Source of the DNA: Phoronis australis | Taxonomy: Eukaryota; Animalia; Phoronida | Assembly: GCA_002633005.1 (NCBI GenBank) | Contig: NMRA01000045.1 | Span: 291,456-355,455 of the forward strand | Length of the DNA: 64,000 nucleotides | Direction: 5' to 3' | Shown here: positions 14,085 through 26,000 of the stretch, one piece after another | Layout of the letters: each line of letters begins with the position of its first letter | Numbering within the stretch: the stretch's first letter is position 1 | Program-made: the position numbers and the translations under genes | The notes under the pieces: generated by a model | Told to the model about the DNA's origin: nothing | The model's database searches: none | The model's input: the letters and a program-made list of their open reading frames with translations, nothing else

Positions 14085-15173
14085 TTACTTTTCATTCAAT
14101 TCAAAAGTTGAATTAGGACATTCTTCTCCAGCCTGATGACCATCTTCACTTGAGCACTCCGTCGCTTGACCAGTTACCCACTGGTCACACCATCTCTTAT
14201 GACTAGCACTCCAATGTTTTGCTTTGCAAGTCTTACTGCAATACTCAGCCATTCCACACATATCGCATGGAATAAACGACGTCGTCTTATTCTCCTTGGT
14301 GATAACTTCAGACTTAGCACAACTGGGGAATGAGCACATCACCGGGTAGTCCTGTTCCTTAGGGTGTTGCAAAATCAACAACTCTGGGGGATAATCGGAA
14401 AACGGATTACGTGGAGCTTCAAATTTCCGTGCTAAAGAATCTCCAATCTCCCGGATGAGTTCCATAAAGTCCTTCTCAACCTGTGCCTTCGGTGATTCAC
14501 TGTAATACCTTGTGTACTTTCTGGAGTATGCATCTTCAGAAAACTCCATCAGCCTAGTGGTCCATAAGAACTCTTGAGCAGGTCTGCCAAGTCGTTGAAC
14601 CAAGGTCAAATAAATCTTCAGAATCTGATTGAACACATGTTTGAAGGTCAAAACAGAAACGTATTGAACATCGGTTTTCCTCAAAGAATTTATCAGAAAA
14701 TCCCACTCAATAATACCCCTCTTCAGTACATCAGAAAGTTGTTCGTGTGTAGCACCCATTACCATCTGACATAGCATTATTACTCCACTGTGACGCACAA
14801 CATGATTTTCGTGTTTCAACATTTTTATCAACAGAGGGAATACTGTTTTCTTCATTGCCCACATCCGTCGCAAAACAGGCATAATCCGAGTCATATTATG
14901 ACAGAAAATTAAACAAGCCCAAAGTAAAACGGAATCGATTTCACTATCCGGCACAGTTTGGTCAATATTTTTCATAATGAGATCTAACACAGTAGCTGCT
15001 CCCATTTCACTCAAAGTGTGTTGATAAGCAAAAGTCATTGACTTGTCATAAGTAGCTGTGGCATCTTCAAACGCTCGCCATTTCACCTTCAAAAGTGCGA
15101 AATCCTTATTAAGTAAATTTTGTAAAATGTCTTCAACCAACTCCTCTCTGCTCTGACAACTTTTTGTTTCCAT
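14085..15173 (-). CDS. Uncharacterised 362-aa protein: helical/ARM-like N-terminal region plus C-terminal MYND-type zinc finger; single coding exon
   Basis: Uninterrupted ORF with CSFPSC...CDMC.MAEYCSKTCKAKHWSASHKRWC, matching MYND cysteine/histidine spacing. An acceptor (tttttattgcag) lies 5 nt upstream of the ATG, implying a non-coding first exon. Confidence 0.85.
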   Translation of the reverse strand: METKSCQSREELVEDILQNLLNKDFALLKVKWRAFEDATATYDKSMTFAYQHTLSEMGAATVLDLIMKNIDQTVPDSEIDSVLLWACLIFCHNMTRIMPVLRRMWAMKKTVFPLLIKMLKHENHVVRHSGVIMLCQMVMGATHEQLSDVLKRGIIEWDFLINSLRKTDVQYVSVLTFKHVFNQILKIYLTLVQRLGRPAQEFLWTTRLMEFSEDAYSRKYTRYYSESPKAQVEKDFMELIREIGDSLARKFEAPRNPFSDYPPELLILQHPKEQDYPVMCSFPSCAKSEVITKENKTTSFIPCDMCGMAEYCSKTCKAKHWSASHKRWCDQWVTGQATECSSEDGHQAGEECPNSTFELNEK

Positions 15174-16061
15174 GATGTCTGCAATAAAAATTATATTTCA
15201 GTTTTTAGTCTGTATAATGCATATTTACTAGTAATTACAAAGAATTACACACAGTTTTAATCAGAAAGAGGTAAAATTTCAAGACGCACAAGGGCAGCCT
15301 ACAACATGCTACAACAGGTTGTCGGGCCAGTGCTGTGCTAGAAGATACATCGATTCGATGCCAATGAGCAAGTAACTTAATTTTTACAAAGGGTCAGAGA
15401 CTGAGTTAGAAAGTGCCACCATCTCTACTCAGCAGTGGAGACAGTGGTATGTTATATCCCCTGGCGCAAACAGTGTAAAAAATGGCCAGTTGCAGATTTG
15501 GGCAACTGAACGAAGGCGGATTGCACGAAAAAAAGTTTGATTATATGGGAGTATTTGTTCGAGTTAGAAGGAATTAAAAACATCGACAGCCTCCTAAGGT
15601 GTTCCTTTTATAGCAACATGACTTTAATGGTTTAACCACTGTGAGGCATAATTCGCCGAAAAGCTTCCGGCGTATGAAGCTCCGTTTCTACTGCTAACTA
15701 AACAAGTAGACGGTGGCAGTGTCGGGACAGCTAGCTATATAAAGCCGTCAAAATATATTTATACAGCTTTGTACTAAGGCTAGGACTGAGTCTCTCAGTC
15801 GAAAGGTGGAATGAAACTTCAAATTTAGTAGCGTCAGGTTACATAAATGCTGAACTAACCCTTCAACAAAGATAAATCCAGACTCCAGGAAAGGTTTTCT
15901 TCCAATTTCTGTGTTGACCTACATACGGGCATTATCGTAAGGAAGTCTCGAATGCGACGAGTTTAAAGATGGCAGCCTCCACGAAGCGGTGAATGTTCGC
16001 ACGAATCTTCCACTAATTGTTATCAGAGAACGTTTCACTATTTGAAAACTGCCAGAATCGT

Positions 16062-16244
16062 ACTTACGTGTGTGGGCTCTGAAATAAAGTGTCTCTCTGC
16101 GGAATCTGTGTCGTAGTTCGGGATTCGTCCAGTCTTCGACTAATACTGTGAGCGTGTCTCTTACTCTTAGTTACTGCTGCCTGTTGTGTTGGACCATTTC
16201 AATTCCAGAAATATAATTGAGGTTTAGAGACAAAAGCCGATACG
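16062..16244. promoter_or_regulatory. Probable compact bidirectional promoter between the MYND gene and TFIP11 (second copy ~19905-20078)
   Basis: Minus-strand GTAAGT donor at 16062-16067, ~180 bp from the TFIP11 ATG; locally CpG-richer sequence. TSS positions are not visible. Confidence 0.5.
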
Positions 16245-16353
16245 ATGTCGTCTCCTGAAGTGGAAAGCTTTGAAGTTACAGAGGAAGATTTAGCCGATGA
16301 ATTTAATCCCAACAGAAAAAGGGCTCGAATGACAAAGAATAAGGCCACTTATG
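16245..16353 (+). CDS. TFIP11: TFIP11 coding exon 1, duplicate (other haplotype)
   Basis: Same 109-nt exon as 20079-20187 ([36 protein letters not shown]), followed by a gttagt donor. Confidence 0.8.
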
Positions 16354-16372
16354 GTTAGTTTGATGTTGAAAC

Positions 16373-17036
16373 CACAGGCGTCCTCAGCTTCTGATCGTCC
16401 CCAATACACTACATATAATATACATGGTATGACACTCCCGACTAGAAATTCCACGGGTGCTTCACTTCAGCCCTCCATAGCTAACATAACTCAATAAATT
16501 TACTCAAAACAAGGTTTAAACAAACCATTGGCAATTGTTCTTTCTTCCATTCACGGTGTCCTGTTCAGGCGACTTCATCAGAAATTCGCAGTCAAAGAAC
16601 AAAAATGTTCACAAAAAGCCCAATCACTTCCATCTTGGACGGCTCGAGGTCAAGGACGGTACGGAAATTGCCAGTTTGTCGCGTAAAGTCACGATGTCGA
16701 TAACGCCGTCCATCCATTATTCATCAGTAATTTACGTACCGTCCTTGACCTCGAGCCGTCCAAGATGGAAGTGTGTTTGGGTTTTTTGGGAACATTTTTG
16801 TTCTTTGACTGCGAATTTCTTACGAAGTCGCAGGAACAGGACACCGTGAATGGTATTGGAAGACAGAACAATTGCCATTGGTTTGTTGAAACCTTGTTTT
16901 GTGTAAATTTATTGAGTTTTATGTTAGCTATGGAGGGCTGAAGTGAAGCACCCGTGGAATTTCTAGTCGAGAGTGCCATACCTTGTAGTATTATATGTAG
17001 TGTATTGGGGACAATCAGAAGCTGAGGACGCCTGTG
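16373..17036. mobile_element. 664-bp non-autonomous foldback element/MITE with ~295-bp TIRs and 8-bp TSD
   Basis: Starts CACAGGCGTCCTCAGCTTCTGAT and ends ATCAGAAGCTGAGGACGCCTGTG; arms are complementary inward to ~16669/16728. GTTGAAAC flanks both sides (16365-16372, 17037-17044), and the other copy has a single GTTGAAAC at ~20199-20206. Confidence 0.95.
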
Positions 17037-17976
17037 GTTGAAACAACATTGAATTTATATTGTGTGGTTCTGCATTTAAGTCCTTTTGATTATCCAGAAG
17101 TGAAACATATGCTACTCTATGTGATGTCTCTGAGTAGATCTATGTGAATTATATTTGCTATCCAGTTTTAGCCAAGGCTGTCGTAGACCGCGTCAGCCAC
17201 CTTGCTATCCATTACCTCGTTGACCGAGTAACCTGCACCCGAGTTTCAGTCTACCAGTGAAATCTAAATCTTCATTTTTTATGAGCTCTATCAATTTAAC
17301 TCCCAGCAAACATTCAGATTTCAACAGTACAGTGCAACTTGGCTGTAGATGCTCGCTTAGTTCATGAAGTTGGATTGTGTGTTATTACTATTATTAGGTT
17401 GTTTGATAAAATGCATAATTACGATAATAAATACAGTACGTTTAAAAAATAATTATGTACTCTATCTGGATAACACCAAAAACTTAAAAACTTATTTCTG
17501 TGGTGGTCCATACGCAAATTAAAAAATCAAAGAAAATAAATGTTTGGAATAAATAATAAGTTATGAATAATTAAGTAGGAGGAATGAAACATGTGAAAGA
17601 AACTAGCTATAGGTGAGAATGAGCTGAAAAAACTGTAGGATGAAGTGACATGATAGATGACAGATAAAAAATATATGTATGCATTTACATATAGATATAG
17701 ATGTATAAATTAATTAAGTAAATTAATAAAACCAGGATTTATCACTTCTCTCAATAAGGCCAAATAGGTACTGTTTGATTTGTCATTTAAAAGTATTTAA
17801 ATCTGTAATGTCTCTCAGGTGGCCAGGAGTGAACTCCACAGAACTATGGTTGATTTCTAAAAAATTTTAGATCCATGTGTTTTAACACTTAGGTGAATAA
17901 AACTGTTATTGCTCCTTCTAGTTCTGTGAGAATGACGTGGTTATAATGATGAAAAGTGATCTAGGAGATAATTTGN

Positions 17977-19017
17977 CTGATGACCATCTTCACTTGAGCA
18001 CTCCGTCGCTTGACCAGTTACCCACTGGTCACACCATCTCTTATGACTAGCACTCCAATGTTTTGCTTTGCAAGTCTTACTGCAATACTCAGCCATTCCA
18101 CACATATCGCATGGAATAAACGACGTCGTCTTATTCTCCTTGGTGATAACTTCAGACTTAGCACAACTGGGGAATGAGCACATCACCGGGTAGTCCTGTT
18201 CCTTAGGGTGTTGCAAAATCAACAACTCTGGGGGATAATCGGAAAACGGATTACGTGGAGCTTCAAATTTCCGTGCTAAAGAATCTCCAATCTCCCGGAT
18301 GAGTTCCATAAAGTCCTTCTCAACCTGTGCCTTCGGTGATTCACTGTAATACCTTGTGTACTTTCTGGAGTATGCATCTTCAGAAAACTCCATCAGCCTA
18401 GTGGTCCATAAGAACTCTTGAGCAGGTCTGCCAAGTCGTTGAACCAAGGTCAAATAAATCTTCAGAATCTGATTGAACACATGTTTGAAGGTCAAAACAG
18501 AAACGTATTGAACATCGGTTTTCCTCAAAGAATTTATCAGAAAATCCCACTCAATAATACCCCTCTTCAGTACATCAGAAAGTTGTTCGTGTGTAGCCCC
18601 CATTACCATCTGACACAGCGTTATGATTCCACTGTGACGCACAACATGATTTTCGTGTTTCAACATTTTTATCAACAGAGGGAATACTGTTTTCTTCATT
18701 GCCCACATCCGTCGCAAAACAGGCATAATCCGAGTCATATTATGACAGAAAATTAAACAAGCCCAAAGTAAAACGGAATCAATTTCACTATCCGGCACAG
18801 TTTGGTCAATATTTTTCATAATGAGATCTAACACAGTAGCTGCTCCCATTTCACTCAAAGTGTGTTGATAAGCAAAAGTCATTGCTTTGTCATAAGTAGC
18901 TGTGGCATCTTCAAACGCTCGCCATTTCACCTTCAAAAGTGTGAAATCCTTATTAAGTAAATTTTGTAAAATGTCTTCAACCAACTCCTCTCTGCTCTGA
19001 CAACTTTGTGTTTCCAT
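17977..19017 (-). CDS. Second, probably allelic, copy of the MYND-finger gene, cut at its 3' end by the N at 17976
   Basis: Near-identical to 14133-15173 with 5 amino-acid differences; the reading past the N is a junction artefact. Confidence 0.75.
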
Positions 19018-20078
19018 GATGTCTGCAATAAAAAATATATTTCAGTTTTTAGTCTATATAATGCATATTTACTAGTAATTACAAAGAATTACACACAATT
19101 TTAATCAGAAAGAGGTAAAATTTCAAGACGCACAAGGGCAGCCTACAACAGGTTGTCGGGCCAGGGCTGTGCTAGAAGATACATCGATTCGATGCCAATA
19201 AGCAAGTAACTCAATTTTCACAAAGGATCAGGGACTGAGTTAGATAGTGTCACCATCTCTACTCAGCAGTGGAGACATTGGTATGTTTTATCTCCTGGCG
19301 CAAGCCGTGTAAAAATGGCCACTTGCAGATTTGGGCAACTGAACGAAGGCGGATTGCACGAAAAAAGTTTGATTATATGGGAGTATATGTGTTCGAGTAA
19401 AAAGGAATTAAAGACATCTACAGCCTCCTAAGGTGTTCCTTTTATGTACAAAAGGTATTTATAGCAACGTGACTTTAATGGTTAAACCACTGTGAGGCAT
19501 AATTCGCCGAAAAGCTTCCGGCGTATGAAGCTCCGTTTCTACTGCAGTAAACAAGTAGAGTGTCGGGACAGCTAGCTGTATAAAGCCGTCAAAACATATT
19601 TATGCAGCTTTGTACTAAGGCTAGGACTGGATCTCTCAGTCGAAAGGTGGAATGAAACTTCAAATTTGGTAGCGTCAGGTTACATAAATGCTGAACTAAC
19701 CCTTCAACATAAACATAAATCCAGACTCCAGAAAAGGTTTTCTTCCAATTTCTGTGTTGACCTATATACGGGCATTATCGTAAGGAAGTCTCGAATGCGA
19801 CGAGTTTAAAGATGGCAGCCTCCACGAAGCGGTGAATGTTCGCACGAATCTTCCACTAATTGTTATGAGAGAACGTTTCACTATTTGAAAACTGCCAGAA
19901 TCGTACTTACGTGTGTGGGTTCTGAAATAAAGTGACTCTCTGCGTAACCTGTGTCGTAGTTCGGGATTCGTCCAGTCTCCGACTTAATACTGTGAGCGTG
20001 TCTCTTGTGACTGCTGCCTGTGTTAGGCCGTTTTCAAATCCAGAAATATAATTGAGGTTAGAGACAAAAGCCGACACG

Positions 20079-23000
20079 ATGTCGTCTCCTGAAGTGGAAA
20101 GCTTTGAAGTTACAGAGGAAGATTTAGCCGATGAATTTAATCCCAACAGAAAAAGGGCTCGAATGACAAAGAATAAGGCCACTTATGGTTAGTTTGATGT
20201 TGAAACAACATTGAATTTATATTGTGTAGTTCTGCATTTTAGTCCTTTTGATTATACAGAAGTGAAACATATGCTACTCTATGTGATGTCTCTGAGTAGG
20301 TCTATGTGAATTATATTTTCTATCCAGTTTTAGCCGAGGCTGTCGTAGACCGCGTCATTCGCCATGCTATCAATTACCTCGTTGACCGAGCAATCTTCTG
20401 CACCCGAGTTTCAGTCTACCAGTGAAATCTGAATCTTCATTTTTTATGAGCTCTATCATTTTAACTCCCCGGCAAACATTCAGATTTTAACAGTAGAGTG
20501 CAACTTGGCTGTAGTTGCCCGCTTGGTTCATGAAGTTGGATTGTGTGTTATTACTATTATCAGGTTGTTTGATAAAATACATAATTCCGATAATAAATAC
20601 AGTAGCTTACGTTTAAAAAATAATTATGTACACTATCGGGATAACACCAAAAACTTGAAAACTTATTTCTGTGGTGGTCCATATGCAAATTAAAAAATCA
20701 AAGAAAATAAATGTTTGGAATAAGAAACATGTGGAAGAAAATAACTATAGGTGAAAATGAGCTGAAAAAACTGTAGGATGAAGTGACATGATAGATGACA
20801 GATAAAAAATATATGTATGCATTTACATATAGATATAGATATATAAATTAATTAAATAAATTAATAAAATCAGGATTTAGCACTTCTCTCAATAAGGCCA
20901 AATAGGTACTGTTTGATTTGTCATTTAAAAGTATTTAAATCTGTAATGTCTCTCAGGTGGCCAGGAAGTGAATTCCACAGAACTATGGTTGATTTTAAAA
21001 ATTTTTTAGATCCATGTGTTTTAACTCTTTGGTGAATAAAACTGTTATTGCTCCTTTTAGTACTGTGAGAATGACGTGGTTTAAATGCTGAAAAGTGATC
21101 AAGGAGATAATTTGGGCGTTGACTTGTATAATTTTTTTATTAAGATGGAGCTTGAGTTTGTTGAACTCGATTTTCAATATTTAGCCACACAAGAGATTGG
21201 AAGTGATCAAAACTAATGTGAGTATGAGGGTGTAAACTAAGTACAAATCTAATTAATTTCTTTTGAAACATGTGGAGCTTTTTGCAAAGACAACTATTTA
21301 AACTGGAAAACCAGCTTGAACAAGTGTAATTAAACATTGGGATAATTATTAATGAATTGCTTGGAGTTTAGTCTGCAATTGCATTTTTTATAATAGACTT
21401 GACTGTCTCCTCAAAACAGAGCTTTTTATCCATTTGGAGACCAAGATAATTTAAAGATGAACATGAAGTGATAACACTACCATTACAAGTTACATTAAAA
21501 TCAACAGTTTATTTTTACTAAAAATAATTGACTGAGTTTTACCAATTACATGAAGGGCTAGTGTGTGATCTGGAGCGCATCAATGTTTCATTATGATGAT
21601 GTGAATTTGACAATTTTAACAGGCATATGGGCAGATCGTGATTCTGATGATGAAAGGCCAAGTTTTGGCGGTAAAAAGAGTTCAGCAACAGATTACACCA
21701 GTGCGATTGGCTTCGTTAGTGGCGGGTTTAAGAAAACAGCAAAGGAAGAACAAGAAGATGCTGAGAAAGATAGTGTATGTAGCAATGATCTGAGAGGCTC
21801 TTCTATAGCAGGGGTGGGGTTAGTTTAGTGGTAGAGACGTGCGGCAAACTGGGGTGGGTATATTGCCCTCTCAGATATTGTCTCGGGTAGTTTTTTCATC
21901 TTTTGGTATTGTCTGGGGACAGATTTCCCGCAGTGTCTCAGGTCCGGCATTGGTTTGGATTTTGAATGTGTGGTGGTGCCCTTACCCTTTGTATGGAAGA
22001 GAACTGCCGGAGTAAGAAAGAGAACCCCCGGAGCAAGACGCTGCAATGGAAATAAGAATAATCAATTGGAGGCATTGTATTATAGAATACATTGAACTTA
22101 ACGCAACCAAGTATGGGATAGAAAATTATGGCCCAGTTAAAACTTCTCTTGTGTTTATCAAGAAAATATTTGCTTTTTTACTATAACTGATACGAGATGA
22201 AGTATAGGAAAGTTTCTATCTGTGCCACTGCTAGGTTGAATGTTATTTACTAAATTCTGGAAAACTTGGACAGATGTGCAAAATGTCCTTGAAAACTCTT
22301 CATTATAGTCAAGTTGTATTGTCTAAACATGTTTTCATGATTATTTGTTTTTGAAAAATTAACTGGATCATTTCACATGTGCGCTGCTTGTTTTAGGATT
22401 CGGATGGAGAGTTTGACCGTGCACGAATTCCAGTTGGCTTTGGCAAGCACAAGGGAAAGCCTCAGAAGTTTGGGGGTAACATGGGCTCCAAACAGTTTGC
22501 TGGCGAAACGTAAGTATTTGTTTGCATACATTAGTTGTGTATAGAACAAGTGAATGATTATGATGACAGTGTCAGTGCTAAGATATTTTGAAAGTAAGAG
22601 AAAGAATGAAAACTGCAAATCTTGTAGACAACACAAATATTTAAATGTCTTAAATAAATTTTAATTTCATTGGTGCTTTATTTTTGTCGCTATGAAGGAC
22701 ATTGAATTCAGTGTTACTGGTCGTAAGGGTCTTAATATGCCAGCAGCTCCTGCTAATGTACAGTCTGAGATGAATGTCAGTTTGAATATTTTATTTTATT
22801 TTTTATTATTGTGATATTTAAAATGAGGGTGGCCTCTTCAGTGATAGCACTGCTTTCTAACATGATATTCTGAAGAGATTGTTTACTCACACTCCTTCAA
22901 TGTTCTCATTGCTTATGTGAAGGAGGAAGTGGTTTTACAATATTTTCAGAAGGATAATTTAGCCAATATTCGTTCCCAATTTGTTCCGTAATTTCACACA

Positions 23001-26000
23001 AAAATATTTATTTATAATGATTTATTATTTCAATAACTCAACCAAATTTTATTTCTTAACATCATAATCACAGTAGAAAGCAAGATCATGAGAGACTTAA
23101 AATTCTCAAACTTTATTTTGTTAGCTATTTGTGCTAAACAAGCGAAGAACTGCGTGCTCTTTTTGACAAAATCTGATCTTGTAATATTTTCAGAATCGGT
23201 CACTGGGAAAAACACACCAGAGGGATAGGACAGAAGCTGTTGTCTAAGGTTTGCTGTTTGTGGAATTATTGGCTCAATATTACTCTATCAATTTTTGCCT
23301 CCCCCAATTTGCAGTGGAAATTTTGCACTCGTGGAATATTTTTTTGCAATTATTGTGGTATTCATATACACATTATCCGGAAATCTCACTTAGCATTCCT
23401 ATTTGAAGCCTTTGTTTATTGTTTTTATATTAACGTTTTCATTGCCAAGTTTTTTAGATCTGAATTTCCCAGTGAAAATTGAATTTTGAGAAAATTGGGC
23501 ACAATTATCAACACGTATCAACAGTCAAATTGTAAAAGTGGAAATGGGTTTTGGTTGAAGTGTTTGCCTCATTTGACATTCCGGATTAGAATTGTTTTAA
23601 ATTTAGTTAAGTCGATGGACAATCTAATGAAGTCATTGCTTCAGTCACAGTTTGGCAGGAGAGGGATCAACAGAAACGTCTTCAATATAATAGGGAAACA
23701 ACTCGAAAAAATATTTTTGTTCGTGACTTTGTAAAGCTTGATGATGGTCTGGCAATGTTTTAAGCTGTAGTTATATGTGGTGAAATTTAGGATTAACTAG
23801 GGCTTGAACAGGCAAATCGGCGAAAAAGGTGTTTAGCAATGAAAAAGTTAAATTGATGTTTTTTTGATTAAACGTGAGAAATGCCTGCTTGTTATCGATG
23901 ATGTTGTGTCTGCCATCTTGCTATTTTTTTTTAATCATGAAACCATTCACAATATAATGACAGTCACCATATTTTCTAGATGGGTCACGTGGCTGGTAAA
24001 GGTCTTGGTAAGACACTGCAAGGTATCCAGACACCTGTGGAGGCGGTCAAGCGTAAAGGCAAGGCTACCCTTGGCTACTACGGCACTGGAAGTGAGCGTT
24101 CGGAGCGCTCTCTGCAGGACTTTCCTGTTGTCGACTCGGAGGAGGAGGAAGATAAGGAATTTCAGGATCAGCTGCACCAGTGGAAGAGTAAACCAGGGGT
24201 AGGTGTGGCCAAGAAGGGTTATTGACGGGTACAACCATAACTAGAATTAGTATCAGCTCCTCTTGTAGATTAATAAACCTGAGGTAGGTGTGGCCAAGGG
24301 CGGGCTATTGAAAGAGATGACTGTAATTAGAATTAGTGTTAGCTCCACTGATAGAAGAATAAACCTGATGTAGGTGTGGCCAAGGAAGGTTTGTTGACAG
24401 GGATGACCATAACTAGAATTAGTATCAGCTCCACTTGTAGATGAATAAATCTGAGGTAGGTGTGGCCAAGGGAGGGCTATTGACAGGGATGATGGTAATT
24501 AGAATTATTATCAGCACCACTTGTAGAAGAGTAAACTTGGGGTAGGTGTGGTCAAGAGAGGGTTATTGACAGGGTAGACCATTTCTATAATTAATATAAG
24601 CCCCAATTACGTCACTGAGTAAGCCCATTTTTGCACTAAAATTGCCTCAGATAACCACACTGTCAGAATCTGTTGAATTAATTGTTGTATCCATAAGTAC
24701 GAAAAAATGGCTTCTATTTTGGCCACAAAATGACACGTCGGGTAGAAGCACAAGTAGTGTAATCAACCATGTTGTGTTGCTGTTGTACGCTGAAGACTTG
24801 TCTTCTACAGTTAGTGTAATAATCATTGTACACTCAGCTGACTTGAGAAAACAGGGTCTCAAAATGTTACGGTAATACCATTAGGTACAACAAGAACAGA
24901 TCCCCAGCGATATGGCCAGTATTACCCACAATTGTATGTCTGTCAGATAGTTTGATGATTGAAACTGGGAAGNACCATAACTAGAATTAGTATCAGCTCC
25001 TCTTGTAGATGAATAAACCTGAGGTAGGTGTGGCCAAGGGCGGGCTATTGACAGAGATGACTGTAATTAGAATTAGTGTTAGCTCCACTGATAGAAGAGT
25101 AAACCTGAGGTAGGTGTGGCCAAGGAAGGTTTGTTGACAGGGATGACCATAACTAGAATTAGTATCAGCTCCTCTTGTAGATGAATAAACCTGAGGTAGG
25201 TGTGGCCAAGGGCGGGCTATTGACAGAGATGACTGTAATTAGAATTAGTGTTAGCTCCACTGATAGAAGAGTAAACCTGAGGTAGGTGTGGCCAAGGAAG
25301 GTTTGTTGACAGGGATGACCATAACTAGAATTAGTATCAGCTCCACTTGTAGATGAATAAATCTGAGGTAGGTGTGGCCAAGGGAGGGCTATTGACAGGG
25401 ATGACGGTAATTAGAATTATTATCAGCACCACTTGTAGAAGAGTAAACTTGGGGTAGGTGTGGACAAGAGAGGGTTATTGACAGGGATGACCATTTCTGT
25501 AATTAATATAAGCCCCAATAACGTCACTGAGTAAGCCCATTTTTGCACTAAAATTGCCTCAGATAACCACACTGTCAGAATCTGTTGAATTAATTGTTGT
25601 ATCCATAAGTATGAAAAAATGGCTTCTATTTTGGCCACAAAATGACACGTCAGGTAGAAGCACAAGTAATGTAATCAACCATGTTGTGTCGCTGTTGTAC
25701 GCTGAAGACTTGTCTTCTACAGTTAGTGTAATAATCATTGTACACTCAGCTGACTTGAGAAAACAGGGTCTCAAAATGTTACGGTAATACCATTAGGTAC
25801 AACAAGAACAGATCCCCAGAGATATGACCAGTATTACCCACAATTGTATGTCTGTCAGATAGTTTGATGATTGAAACTGGGAAGAGTCACTTTTGAGAAC
25901 CAGTTTAATGTTAATTATTCAGTGGAGAAGACTTGTTCTCAAAATGCAGTACCTGTGTACATGACTTACTACCACAAAAGCTGTATTAATCGTTTTGTCA

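Noticed and set aside
14133-21114. True tandem paralogues of the MYND gene and alternative TFIP11 first exons
   Set aside because: The junction is a single N inside the ORF, the same pattern as five other sites.
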